DNA of 64,000 nucleotides from Raillietiella orientalis (Eukaryota), in assembly GCA_036172245.1 (NCBI GenBank), contig JAYWIR010000020.1, positions 3,162,001-3,226,000 of the forward strand, in the 5' to 3' direction. Below the pieces are notes generated by a model. That model was given only the letters and a program-made list of their open reading frames with translations, searched no databases and was not told where the DNA came from. The translations under genes were made by a program, and so were the position numbers. Below are positions 49,220-62,446 of the stretch, one piece after another (position 1 is the first letter of the stretch; each line of letters starts with the position of its first letter).

Positions 49220-49849
49220 TAGTAGAAAGGTGGAGCTAGAAAATAGAGGTAGAAACGTGTTGTCCCCACGGTAGCTTCTCATTTTCTCCATCATCCTAGA
49301 CATGATCGTGAGATCCTCGTCATGGTTGAGGAAGATGATCATCAAATATCTCCTTCATGAATCGGTTCCAGATATTTATTGAAAAACAGAGAGCTCAGAT
49401 AGCATCCTTGCTTAAATGTATGAAGAATATTCAGGGTCGTGCCTCTTCGGGACCTGAGCATAGAGATGTTTGTCTTGCCATACAGGTCACCTGTTATTGC
49501 AAGAAAGTACCGATTTGGGGTTCCTCCAGAGTGAGGCGCATCAGAGTGACTATTCCGAAAGCTCTTGCAAGATCCATAAAGAGCAAGGGGATATCTCGAG
49601 ATTTCCTCTCATGTTGTCACGGACAACACGTTTCTTCAGTACTTTGTTGTAGAGAAAGGAGACTTTCTACGAATGCAGATGATATGGCTATCCAGTGCCC
49701 ACTATTAAAACCTTCTTGATGAGCATTTCGCATAGAATTTATTTGTCGTCGCCAATGGTCTTGGGTCGCAATTTGTTGATTCATTCATGATGACATGAAA
49801 ATTTTGGGTGATGGTTCTTGAAAGCTTCTATCTCGGGAGTTCTTTCTTG

Positions 49850-49910
49850 GAGGCAGATGCTAAATATCGATGCCAGTAGTTTTGCTCTCGGATCAGTCCT
49901 CTCCCATTCT
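49850..49910 (+). mobile_element. Ty3/Gypsy RNase H motif remnant
   Basis: Translates LNIDASSFALGSVLSH, matching the xTDASxxAxGAVLSQ consensus. The flanks are not clearly alignable. Confidence 0.4.
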
Positions 49911-50857
49911 TCACATACCATTCCATCGCCTCCCTAAGAACTTCGCCATTCTTAGGGCAGTTTATATTTCTTCTAGGGTAAAGGCGGGTTAGGTTGCATC
50001 CTACCTTCCAAAATTTACAGTCTCGTTGATAAATTATTTGGAACCTTTCACATTTTGTTCATGGCAAACTTCTTTTTATGGTGTTTTCAAAGTTGGTACA
50101 TTTTTTGCTATCTAGAGTAGAGTTTCTTGAGACAGCTTGGGAAGCTCCAGAGCAATTTTGCATTTTAAGAAACATTAAATTTCAAACGCCCAAGGACGAT
50201 AGAATTCGGCACGCTCATTTTTCTGTAATTGATTCATTTTGTCCAAATATGTGTGTTTCTTCGCTGCAGCAAATGCTAATTCCATTTGCTTATCAATCAG
50301 AAATTCTTGGGAATGTTTACAGTGTGAGGCATTTGTTTTTTTCTTTTTCGTGAAGAATGTAATTCCTTTGGATGCTGTGCTACTGCTATTTTCATCTGAA
50401 CGAAAGAGAACGACCAACTACAGGTCGTTAGATAAGTGCGGGCCTTTTGAATTTGGACGGCACTATATGTACACTAACTTTTCGCTATTTATGGTAATCA
50501 CGAAAAGTACTTTGGTGATTATGGACAGGCGAGCGACCGGAAATCCGTCCGGGGAAGATTTTGAACTTCAATGGGCTGAGTTTTTTCCACAGTGCGTCTG
50601 TTCTTGTGAAGAAGGAAGTGGAATTCGATCTGGAATACGGTGTTACTAATCCTAACGAGTTTTGCGATTTCAGTTGGTAAAATTCAAGTGTACGTAATAT
50701 ACATGGCAGTGTGTCTTATTAAGATGTTGTGTCATTATTAAAATAGCAAGTTATTAAAGTTAAGAAAGAACTTGTCGATGAAATTAATTATAAATTAATT
50801 GGAATAACTGGTCAAACTGTTATTACATTGATATAAAGGAAATATTTGAATTTAGTC

Positions 50858-52975
50858 ATGTGTGAGAAGGATAGCCGCGAATCATTGAGTGCAATTCGTG
50901 AAGAAGAGAAAGAATGAGAAGCTTAATTCATTCTTATGATCTCTCCAACTTGCCAGCATGGTCACAAGGATATGTTTTACTTTGTGATGCCATGCGGAGA
51001 GGTTGCCAAACTACTTTTCATAAGTGGTTGCAAAGTGAACAGCAAATATACTAGACCTTCCTATACTCTTCACTTTGCTGCTGGGAATGGTGACATAGAG
51101 ATTGTGGAGATGCTTTTAGATAGAGGTGCTGGTATTGATGCTACTGATCAGTATGGTAGAACTCCACTTCACATAGCAGTTCAAGGTGTGAAAAGGCGAG
51201 TTGTTGGATTAGCTTTACATCATAGGGAGGTTATTTGCACCAGAAACAGCCCCAATGTAACTCCTTTTTGCCTTGGTACGAAAGATAGAAGTTATCGAAC
51301 TGCTTTTAAGTAGAGAGATGGCATAACTTCTCTTCATATGCTGGCAGTGGGAGGGTATTTAGAAATTGTGGAGTGTCTTTTAAAACATGGAGCTAGTGTC
51401 AATTCTACATGTACCCATCTCTCTGGGAAGCCACTGCACCTTACTGTTGTAGGAGGACATGATGAAGTGGTTAAGCTACTTTTAGAGTGTGGAGCTAACA
51501 TTGATGCTCAAGATAACCATGGTAAAACTGCCCTATGCGTTGCTGTTAAAGAAGGATGTTCAGTAATTGTTGAACGTGTTTTAAAGCATTGCCCGGATGT
51601 GAATTACAAAAGTAATAAAAGCACTCTTAATGCTGCAGTGCAAGGCAATAGAAATCAGTATAGTAGGATTGTTGAAACTCTGCTTCAGTATGATTTTACT
51701 GTCGATTCAGAAGATGTAAATAATTGTGAATTTCTGCATGCTGCTGTTGAGAAAGGATCTTCGAAAATTCTCGGAGACCTCTTAAAGTATGGTACTGATG
51801 CTAGCATGCCTGACAACTCAAGGTAGGGTTATAAGCCTTTACGTGTTGCAGCCAAATACAAAAAGGAAGAGGTAGCCAAATTGTTGATAAGCTATGGAGC
51901 TGATGTAAATGCTAAAAGCAAAAATGGTTTAATGCCAATGTTTTTTGCTGTTCGGAGTGCTGATTTGGAAATTACCAAGCTACTTTTAACTAATAAGGCT
52001 AATGTAAAAGATAATCCTGAGCTACTGTGTACTGCTGCTGAGCAGGGATTCAGAGAAATTGTTGAAGCTCTTTTACAACATGGTGCTGACATTAATGGTA
52101 GTGATGAACGTGAAAGAATGGCATTGCATTTTACCAGTTCAGATGACCAATTTTTAACAGCAAGGGAGAAATTGCCAAATTGCCTTTGAGTAGAGGAGCT
52201 AATGTAAATGCTAGAACTAACAAGGGTATAATGCCACTTCATGATGCTGCTGGAAATGGTCAACTAGAAGTCGTTAAGGTCTTCTTGAAATTTGGTGCCA
52301 GCATGGATTCTAAAGATGAATATGGAGAACAGCACTTCACATTGCTTCTAAAACAGGACATGTAGAAGTTGTCGAAACTCATCTAGAATTGGTCCTGATA
52401 TTAACATGACTAGTAAAAATAATTATACACCACTTGATTTTGTTATGTATGATGTAGAATTTCAACATCCATTCTACACTGATAATTCCAGTGATTACCC
52501 TTGTTATCGTAATACCTTTCTATGAAGTAATTTATGAAATTCTTGCACGCCACATACTTAAGATGCAAACTGCAAATTTATATGTAAATGAAAGAAATAT
52601 AATGTTGCTTGATAGTTACTATGCATCCGAAATAAGCCATTTTGAGAGTGTGTGTAAGGAAGAAATAAAAATGATGAAGAGTGAAAAGACTGGTAATTCT
52701 AACGCCTCATTCTATGACATCTTGACAAAAAATATAAATCAACCAGCAATCCTCTTGGGAAATGAAGATATAGTACAAGCCTTAAAATCGGACGATTATA
52801 AAACAAAATTCCCAATATACGCCAGTATGATAACTAATCGTTTTAGGAAGGGGGAAAGGAGGAAGGAATTGCTTAAGCAAAGCAATGAAAATTGCCACAT
52901 CTTTTCTGTTATCGCATGACTGTACTGAAAAGGTACTTTGTTATCTAAGCAACGAAGATTGAAGAATTTTAATAG
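50858..52975 (+). pseudogene. Intronless ankyrin-repeat protein pseudogene with C-terminal PRANC/F-box-like domain
   Basis: Serial ankyrin repeats (LHFAAGNGDIEIVEMLLDRGA, GRTPLHIA, KPLHL..GGHDEVVKLLLECGANID, LHDAAGNGQLEVVKVFL) spread across ORFs 50936, 51338, 51881 and 52180, broken by stops and frameshifts. C terminus SFYDILTK...FPIYASMITNRFRKGERRKELL, then in a shifted frame HDCTEKVLCYLSNED. Putative ATG at 50858. Confidence 0.85.
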
Positions 52976-53449
52976 ATTCTCATCAGTGTATTAATGCTAG
53001 TAGGCTTGATGGTAATATTGACAATGTGGCAATCACTTCAACTATGTCCAATACATCAATCATGCTTAGGTTGATAGAGTAGCAAGGCAAGTTATAGGTA
53101 ATGATTGCTTCATAATTTCATGTTATTTCAAGGAAGTCATTTCATTTCTAAAACTGTACTTGGCATTTCTGATTTTTTCAATAGATTATTTGTTGTTTAT
53201 TTCAAAAAGGGGTAAATGGTAATCTACTGTTCCATTGTCGTAGAGGAATTTGAACATTGGAAAAAAATGAACGTTAGGACGAAGCACCATGCATAACGGA
53301 CGTATAATTGGGTGTTGCGCAGCTGTGGTACATTCCGACATTTTTTTTCCCTTTGAACTAAGCATTCTGTACGTTTTGGGCAGTCCTATTTCCATTTTGC
53401 TTTAGGAGAAATCGTAAGCAGTAACACCATTGAGTGTTGTGAGTCGCAT

Positions 53450-54980
53450 TCTGGGCTTCGGTGCATCGTAACCGACACGGTTTTCGAAATTCCTTATGAC
53501 ATTGGCACCGAGGTGTTTCTCCCTCGCATTACCATCCACCCATACACTCTGTCGTCATCCAAACGTTGCTAGCAGTTTTTGCCGCACCATATCTTATCAA
53601 GCTCGGTATACAGACAGTCCTGAATGCCCATAGATGTTGGATGTCTCACCTGAGCTCAGCAGACGAAGAGGTGACCAAAAGTGATTTGACGAGTTACCGG
53701 AATTGCATACTGCAGAAGAGAAGCTCACGGAAATCCATGCCCCAAAACGCGAAGGATAGTTCGCCGTGGATGTGATACCGAAATGTGCAGTGTATAATTG
53801 ATTGCCCTATATTCAGTTCTTTACAAAGACAAAAACATTCATGGATGTCCATGCGGACGCTCACGAGGACTCGGAAACGGAGACTCGTGATTTTAATGCT
53901 ACAGCCCAAAGACTTGCTGAGGCTATGCGGGTAGCACATTCTCGTATGCATGTGTGATTGGGTGTTCAAGTGAATGTGAAGTAACTTGTTTTGGAAATGC
54001 GGAAAAGCTGCCCGATCGGAGGAATTTGGAATTCTGTCGCGACGTGTTCTCTTCCAATTCAATTCTGACGCATTCTCTTGATTCCAAGGAGCACATTCTA
54101 GCATCACAGGTTGCCTGTTTATCCACATCTGTAAATTTCGGATGAAATTCCTGCAGGTGGATCATGATCCTAGAATCGGAGGCTTGTTGGTTGGTGAGTG
54201 GCATGAAGAACACAAGGTACTTGCGCAAAATTGAAAAATCGGGCCCCAAAAGCTGTACAGAACAGATTGATCTTTCCATCTAGTTGGTTAGTAAGCAAGA
54301 GTTTGTAGGCCGAGCTGTGTTGACGCATTTTTCCACATGTCGAGCAGTGCTGTCTCTCAGAAAGGCATCTCTTTTTTTTTCTCACTTCGCACCGTATAGG
54401 ATTGGATCTGCACCCAATGCACCCACTTTTGGTCGCGATCCTCGTGCACATTTGCTCACCTTCACCAAGAGTCCCCTTGTTTCAGTCCCTGGTTTCAAGT
54501 CACCAGATGAATGCAAGTTCGGCCTTTCACCCCGCCATAATCCCAAGCAGGGTGCAACATTTCAAGAGACCTCAGACCACTCTGAACTGGAGGACCTCGG
54601 AGATGCCCTTTGCAGCCACGGAATGTTCCGCGTGGTTGAATGCAGCGGCAATCTATCGAGATTCGTAGTTTAGGCGATTGCTTGTATGTGTCCTTTTGCA
54701 CGTTTGCTTTCAGTTTTTGATTTCATAGCCTGCCTCCTTACTACTCAGAATGTCATAACCAATGGCCGGGAGTGCACTTTCTTCGCCTATCAAATGAACA
54801 AAACGTGGCCTCCTGTTTCAAGCATCTCACCGACAATAGTAAACGCCATAACATGTGGACGCTGTACCCTGATCTCCTCTTCAATGACGTGAAGGAGCTG
54901 TCGGAAGGAGGAGTCAATTTGGAAAGCCTCGTGCAGATGTGTCTGATGCAGCCAATGGAACGTGTCGGGGTCCACCTTTC
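53450..54980 (-). mobile_element. Possible decayed LTR-retrotransposon gag-protease remnant
   Basis: Minus-strand order: CSTCGK..H (zinc-knuckle-like), WINRQPVML (protease-start-like), LYTELDKI (pre-RT ELDRL-like). All weak. Confidence 0.3.
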
Positions 54981-57900
54981 CCCTTTATGAGCACCCTAAG
55001 GAAAGCTATGCGCACCTCACCGACGACTCGGTCAGACGCTTTTGCACGTTGGACAGATTTCCGCTTGCAATGTCGAAACGATTCCTCATGTGCAGAAGGC
55101 CCGAGTCGTCCGATTGAGACAAGATTTACAAGATAAAGTCCCCATTTCGATGTGAGGACACGCTTCTCAATTACTTCCTAAAGCACGCTGAGAGCAACAT
55201 TTCAGGCAAGGAGGGGCTGAAGCAACAACCCTTTGTACGCTATGAAAGCTGTGAAATCTGAGTGTGGGGTTTTATTTTGGAAAAGAAAAATTCCGGTCTT
55301 ATTGAAATATGCGTTTAGTAAAGGAAATTTTCGCATATACGAATTTGTTGATGGGGATCGCGGGATCCGAAAGCTACAGATGGACGTTATTAGGAAATGA
55401 TGATGAGAACGCAGAAGACAATTCTTATGATATTTGCGTTATAGGTGAAGACTCATCGAGAAAGCGATCGGCATAAGGAACTGTGGCAGAGTGCCAGCCT
55501 GGACTTATCGGTACATCTTGAAAAGGATCGAAGATGACCCAGGCTCAATCAATGCCCAGCCCACCCTAATGCAGAACCCCAGTATTGTGACTCCTATTTA
55601 GTGACCTTTAAAGAAAACATAAGTGACAGTGAAATGCAAATTGAATGAATGAGTATGCAGTGTGAATGTAAAAGAACAATAAATTTACCCCACCCCCTGT
55701 AGGATTGGGAAAATCGAAAACGCTCGAGTTGATCTCACTTCCGAAAAACAGTCCGGAAGTTTGGAAGGGAGCGTCGATGAACCCAGAAATGGTCCTCCGT
55801 TTAAAGGAGACAATGGAAATGTAGAAGAGTCAACTATGAATTGATAAGTGGGTGCCCTCCCCCTTTCGTTTTCCTAAGTCCGAAAGCAGAGCTTAAATCC
55901 AGCGATGGTTTTGTCGATTATCTTCAGGCAAGAAAAACGCAGATTCTTCTGTTGACCGTTTTCGTGATGCTGACCGGCTTTTTCTTCGGTTTCTATGCAT
56001 GTCGGGGTAGCTGCCGCACTGGAACAGTATGTGATTTTTGCGTGATTTCGAGTTTGCGTTGGCAAGCAATTGATGATCAGTGCGAATTTTTTGTTTTCTA
56101 AAAAAACAGCGTCATGATAACATCTAGACACAATTTTTATGTCGTTTGTTCGGAGGATTAAGGAAATCAGCGTGAAGATTACACGTACCGATATGCCGTG
56201 AATGCTTTTCATCCTTTTCTTTGATTTTGGAAGCATAGGACAGATTTTCCATCAAGAGACTGCTGTAATGTCCACATGGGAGCATCTCACTGTCCTCCAG
56301 TTGGTCTCACAAAGTTAGCCCACCCCAAACCTTCCACGTGTTCGAATTGCACAACTCGAGGATTGGATTCGTTTCCTGCAGAAGCAGCATCCACACCAAC
56401 TGCGTCCGCTTTTTTTCTTGCGTACGCAACGTTTTGATAGATTATATTTGCTCGTTGCTTCTCCACGCTCATGGATTCGGCTGAGGCAGACTGCTCAAAG
56501 TTAGAAGTGTAATGTGAGTTCAGCTAATCGGCGATGGAGAAAACGCAACCTTTCTCATCGTAAAACGTTCTGAAAGAATAAAAATCGCGTTCCTTTTCAC
56601 AATGTTTACATGAATTCGTTCTCTTAATCGTCGCGTTTTCAACTGTTCCATAAAAAATAAGTAATGTTCTGCACGTCATGGTATTTCACTCATCGTTTTA
56701 AAGAAAGCAAAAACAAAACCGAGGCGATGCCGAAGCTTTTTGTGAGACTACCCAAACTGACTCAGAGAACCTTTAGGAAGCTTAAGGAAGTGTGCATTCA
56801 AAGGACATTTCCAGTTGAATTCAAGGTGTTACTGTGGAGATCCCCGTGGTAGAAGGTGTCTGCTTCGTATCGGAAGTAACGGCAATGTGAGCAGCCAACG
56901 AAGAAGCAGAGCTCTTGTTAGAACATGTCTTGATCAATTTTCATTTCCTAGGAAAATTCCACAAGGAAAGCACACGCTCTTTTCGGCAACTTTCCACACA
57001 TCGCAATAGTCTTCAATGTCCTTCCAGTGCAAGGAATAGCAGCACCCAAAAGAGTAATTAATCGCTCCTATAGTATCTCTCAAAGTCATTTGTTCCAGGA
57101 TTTAATTATAGTTTCTGATTTCATGTTGTGTGTGAAAAATCCAATGGCAGCACTCATACCGACTTTTCCGGTTATGGACAAAGTCTCAGTGTGACCTTTC
57201 ATTTTGAAACAAGTTTTGAAGTCCATGGCCCTTGGTTCTCCAAGGGCCATCCCCAAAGATTGGCAAAGAGTATCCTCAAGGATATCACGAACTTTACAAC
57301 TTTCCAGAATGCTCGTTTTTCTTTTGTTTTTCCACCTCTGAGTCTATTTAAAGGTTTAAGGAAGCCTTTGCTACATGGCAAAATCACGTCCTCTCGTGGC
57401 TTCCCTCTTGTACGAAGGGCACCATTCGCTATGACTGAGAATCCGAGGTCCTCGAAAGTTTCATCAGCACACTCACTTCATTCCTTGTAATCATTGCCTT
57501 TCTGCAGACCCATGTTCTGACTAGCTTCATGAGCTTCAGGTGGCAAGCTTTTATTCATACTATTCTTTTTCATTTTTTTGTTTTATTTTTGCATATTCAT
57601 TTTTTTTTTTCATAATAACAGAGAAAGTGAGGGATATCTGAATGAAAAACGAATGAAACTCCCGTTTAATTCAATCACTTGAGCAGAGACTTCGTCGTTG
57701 TCCGTCGGAAGCGATGAAGGAATTTTTCACTGGCCTCCTTTCCCACTTGCTTTATCACTAATAATTCGTGGTAACGCCCCTAATTTGAAAGCGGAAGCAG
57801 CTAGCAGCGAAGCGAGTCCTGCAGGAATTTTGTGGGGTTTGCGCACATTTGCGACTGGATCAGCCCAGTTCCGTTTGCCATCACCTCCTTTGAAATTGCA

Positions 57901-60900
57901 TATGCTTTTAGATGTAATTGGTCTGCACTTTTTAAGAAGAAAAGTCACAGCAACAGTTATGATTTCTGGTGAAGGAAAGTTCAGATTAGGTGTCAAGTTC
58001 AGAGGTGACGAGAAGGTTTCTATCCCTTCGGAAGCCCTCCCAAGGAGAAATTCACGCTCACCGAGATTTGCTTTCGAAAGCAGAAAAACATTCTCGAATT
58101 TAAAAGGACCGGATGGCTGAATAGCTTACTGAAAGGAAGGGTTGCGAAGTGATGTTATGTAAAGTTCAACTGGAATGAAGGATTCGTTCCTGGATGAATG
58201 CGTTCATAATGATAATCTGAAGGTGGAACAAAAGGAAGATGAATTGAAGTTGTTGTATCAATAACGAAGCCATTCTATACTTCATAGCGGGTCCCTTGGA
58301 TGTCTTGCAGAATGGTCCAGATTCAACAAAAAAGGGAAATGACGCCTATTTGGCAAGAAGCTCCGTTCCACTGGTGATTCCGAACCAGGGAATGAGCACT
58401 CTACTAAAAAACAAAAAATAGGGAAAACATGGGGGTTGGATGCATAGAATAGCACATGCTTTGATGGAAAGCTGGAAAATTTTAAAGGAACACGAAAGAA
58501 TGCGCACCTTAAGGAAGTCAGCGCTGGTGTTTATGTGGTAAAAGATTCATTTTATTGAATGAAGGGGATGGTAGTCACATCTATGATGAATCTTCTTAAT
58601 AGATTGTTTTCCAACCAAATTTCGTTTCCGACATCAGACCGTGACTATCTCTTAAAGAAAAGATATTTCGTAAGATGTTCAAAAGATGGCTATTGACCAA
58701 CAATTTTCGTGGTTCTCAGATTGGAAACATTTTCAACGCTTGCGTCAGAAGCTCGGCAAAAGAATGTAGGAAGAGAGCAGATTACTCAAACTTTGCTAAT
58801 ATGGTCCGTATGTTTCGGAACGGATTCTAACTTGTCTCTTGTGGAAGAAAAAACCGTAGTTAAATAGACACCATAAATTGGAAGGGGAAAACGAATGTTG
58901 CCATCCACGTCAAAAGGCACAGTTCTTTCGTTTGCTGCTTGCTGTTGCATTATAAAGTGCGAACAAGAAATAGAGGATTACGTGCTTGAAACAGTGAAAA
59001 AGATGCACCGTTACAGTACAAGTGTTGTTTTTATTCTTCAGGCTGCGGCCTCTGTATTGGCATTGGTCGCAAATACATGAAAGGCTTTGTGTTAACGGAA
59101 CAGAGGGAAACAAACTTGTGCCCCAAGTGCTGAATCCGAACCAATGATCAGATGAATCGATTAGGGTGTCGGGAAGCCGAAGAAGATGGTAGAGATCTAT
59201 TCTTTGAGCCCCTCACTATAGTTATTGGTTTGTTGATCTCCGCGCAAACAAATTATGATCTCACGCAAGAAAGAGTCCATCTGTCTTTAATCGGAAACGC
59301 ATGGAAACAAGCAATGAAAGCCTCTTACCTGGGATCCACTGCATTCGACTTCATGTCATCTTCTGAGAAAGTAGTGAAGCAGTGCAAATTGGAGATCCAG
59401 AAAATCGAATGTGATGATGTGATCGCTTCAATTAAGGTTCTCTTGCACAACAGACTTTGTCTGGGAGCATAAAACTTTTCTTTTCTTTACATAAGCAGTG
59501 TTAACTCGAAGCACGACATCCACGAACTATCAGTGATTGTCCTTTCCATTACAGAAAATGACTAGAAGTACTGGGACGGATACCTGTGCATCCTCCGAAC
59601 GGGTACCATCTCTCAGGTTCAATACACCAGACGAGCCAGAAAAAGGAGCCCGTTCTTCGCTCCACGTTACTTCCTTCGGACATTGCAGAATTCACTGCCG
59701 CTTTCAACTCATGAAGCCTGAAGAAAGCTGCAACGACGTCACCCGGTTTCCGTAGTGAATGTCGAACCCAGTGCATTTCGATGTATTAGACTCATCCTTT
59801 CCATCAACTTTGGAAGCAACCCGAAGGTGTGGAAAACAGGATAGTTTCGACTTGTGCCTTGGGGTGCTTTCGGGAAAGCAAGCTGGCATGATGACTGCTC
59901 GAAGCAACGGGACATCTCCCATGCACGACGGGGCTTCTCCCTCAGGACTGTGCGTCGCCTTGTTGGGACTTTTAAATGGCGCACCACACACCAGCATCAG
60001 CAGTCATGTTGGGAATATGCATTCTTGTTTCCTTCTTCTTCGTTAGGTAAGTACTGTTTGGTTGAGAGATTTTTCATTTGGACTCTTTTATTATGGTCCT
60101 TGTAGATCTTTATAGAACCATCTTTGTAGATGGTGGAAAAAAGTCACTATGTAACTTGACTGGTAGCTCCTTCGAACGAAAATTTCCGAGAAAAATCTGT
60201 CTTCTCCGCTCCACTTGCAAACCAATGGAAACGGTGAAATCAAAGAAGAGAAGCAATCAAACATTCGGAATAGCATCGCAAAACACAGTGAGTCCTGCGA
60301 ATCGATGGAGATTCAAGAACGCAGGTTCCAGAAGCCAGGAAATTTCAGTTTTGAAGAATTAGTAGGCATGTGACCATACTTAGCCCAACACATGTCATTG
60401 TGATGTCACGGTGAGCAGAAACTGCTCATCTCCCCATGATGAGAATGAAATCTTGATGTGAAAAGGAAAATTGTAGTGACGGACGATGCAATTCACCATC
60501 CTATTCTGCCGGGCGATTTACGCAGTCCCCCAACCGGCTTACAACTGTTCTGAAACTTCCAAGCAAAATTTCAAAAAATGCGTGCCAATGTATTCAGCTC
60601 GGACGGCCATTCAAACAGGAGATTCTTCGCCTCCTAGGCAGCACCAGTACGGTTGCTCTATTCGGCACTTCCTGGTTACCGGGGAACGTCATCAATCTAA
60701 TCAGCGATCCTTTTTGGCTACCGCAGTGTTGTTTCGTGGTCAGCTGCTGTCCTTTCTTCTGATAGGTCATGAAATTTAATTAAAAGCAACATTACAGTGT
60801 GAATGGAATGGAAGGGAACAAAGCTGGTGCCGAGCACCGTTGCAGAAATGGGCGAAGTCGGGTGCTTCGCCCATTAAGAATAACCTGGATGCCTTGGTAG

Positions 60901-62138
60901 AGCGGGAGACAAGAACAACTCCGCTTCAGTGACACGAATGGACATAATCCCAAGACAACAAATCAAATAGGGAAACAACAGCTGATCCCCGGTTGGAAAA
61001 AGTGCAGTCCTGGTCATTTCATAATCGTCATCGACGCCTGTCCCGTAGAAAAATGGACCTGGAAGTTCGGTCAAAGACACGTACATTAAAATAGGCACAC
61101 AATGCTTCCAGAACTATTTCAACCGACAAGTGTTTAAGAAGATGAGGTATGTTTGTCATCGGTGTTGGGCAATCCCCTCCTGAGGCTCACAAGAGCGACT
61201 AACTGGAAACTCGTTATGCTGTAAGGTTACCAATTGCGACGGTTATGATCAGAGAAAGAAGAGTTGACTTGCATCTTCGGAATAACTAGAATCAAATAGA
61301 TAACAGAAACTCCGCCAATGGAGAGTACGCCGTCACCCTTTCTCCTTCGTGAACATATAACCGTGGCGAAAGCTGCTACGAAAGGGTTGCCTTCCTTAGG
61401 GTGGTGACACAGAAAATGTGCGCTACCGTTTCGGGAACGTGCGTGAGTGTGATGCACGGACGGGGATCTGGATGGATGGAACCAAAAGTTTGACGTGTAG
61501 GTGTGAGCACGGCAACGTCAAAACGGCTAAAGTAGCGCAGGGAAGAGCAGAGAAACTCCGCTTAGAGGAAGAACGAATTCTCCCCTCCGAGAATCCAAAA
61601 AAGAAAACGAAATAGCCGAAGGAGTACGAACTCATTTGTGTACGAACGAGTACAGGCAGTATGTAGGGGAAGGATAGAAAAAAGAAAGCAACGAGGAAGG
61701 CTGTCGGAAAACAGGATGGGAAGATGTTTCCATGGCATTAAGATGTGGAAAAGGCATCTTGCTTATCTTTTCTGATTCAAACCTGATCATTTCTGATAGA
61801 AGAAACGGGAATGCCCGGAACAGCGATCAGCACTACCCAGGAAACGTCCAGAGGATACGAATTCCTTTCCATATTAGGGATTTCAGAATGAAACGCGAAA
61901 TTCGGCACTGAGAAGTCTTGAGTTAGAAGAAATGCATGTGCGTATCCTAAATGCCTGTTTTAGAAGAACGCAAGAGGAGTGATTGCGTTGTAACTTCTAT
62001 TAAGTTGAAATCGAGACTCTTACCCGATTCTATCAAACTCCATGTGCAAGCAAGCTGACGAGCAGGAGCCCTCAATTGCACTTTCTCCTCGTCACAGACT
62101 ATCGCATGAATGCACAAATTCCTTATTCTATATGACAG

Positions 62139-62446
62139 ATAAAGAGGACGGTACAGCTCTTCCATATTACAGTTATATCGCTTGTGATTCTACATTAAAT
62201 CCATTAAAAAAATTCTTTCAACTACCCGGTGGACTACAAGATGCTTTCTTTTTTGTTCCAAAGGACCATGACCTTGAATTCCTAGTTGAACGACATCCGG
62301 TTGATATCTTCAGAGAAAAAGACCAGAGAAAGGGAAATTCAATCAGGGACGGTTGGCAAGATATTCCATACCAAGAAATTCATAATGAGACGGTCTTCAC
62401 GACAACGGACTTGGAAAGTTACTTTGAAATCCAAGCTGTTTGCTAA
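62139..62446 (+). CDS. Candidate terminal exon of an unidentified gene
   Basis: Acceptor ttctatatgacag| then about 102 open codons of ordinary composition (DKEDGTALPYYSYIACD...ESYFEIQAVC*). No family recognised. Confidence 0.3.

Noticed and set aside
57698..58120. 140 aa ORF open on both strands
   Set aside because: No recognisable domain or convincing splice boundaries.
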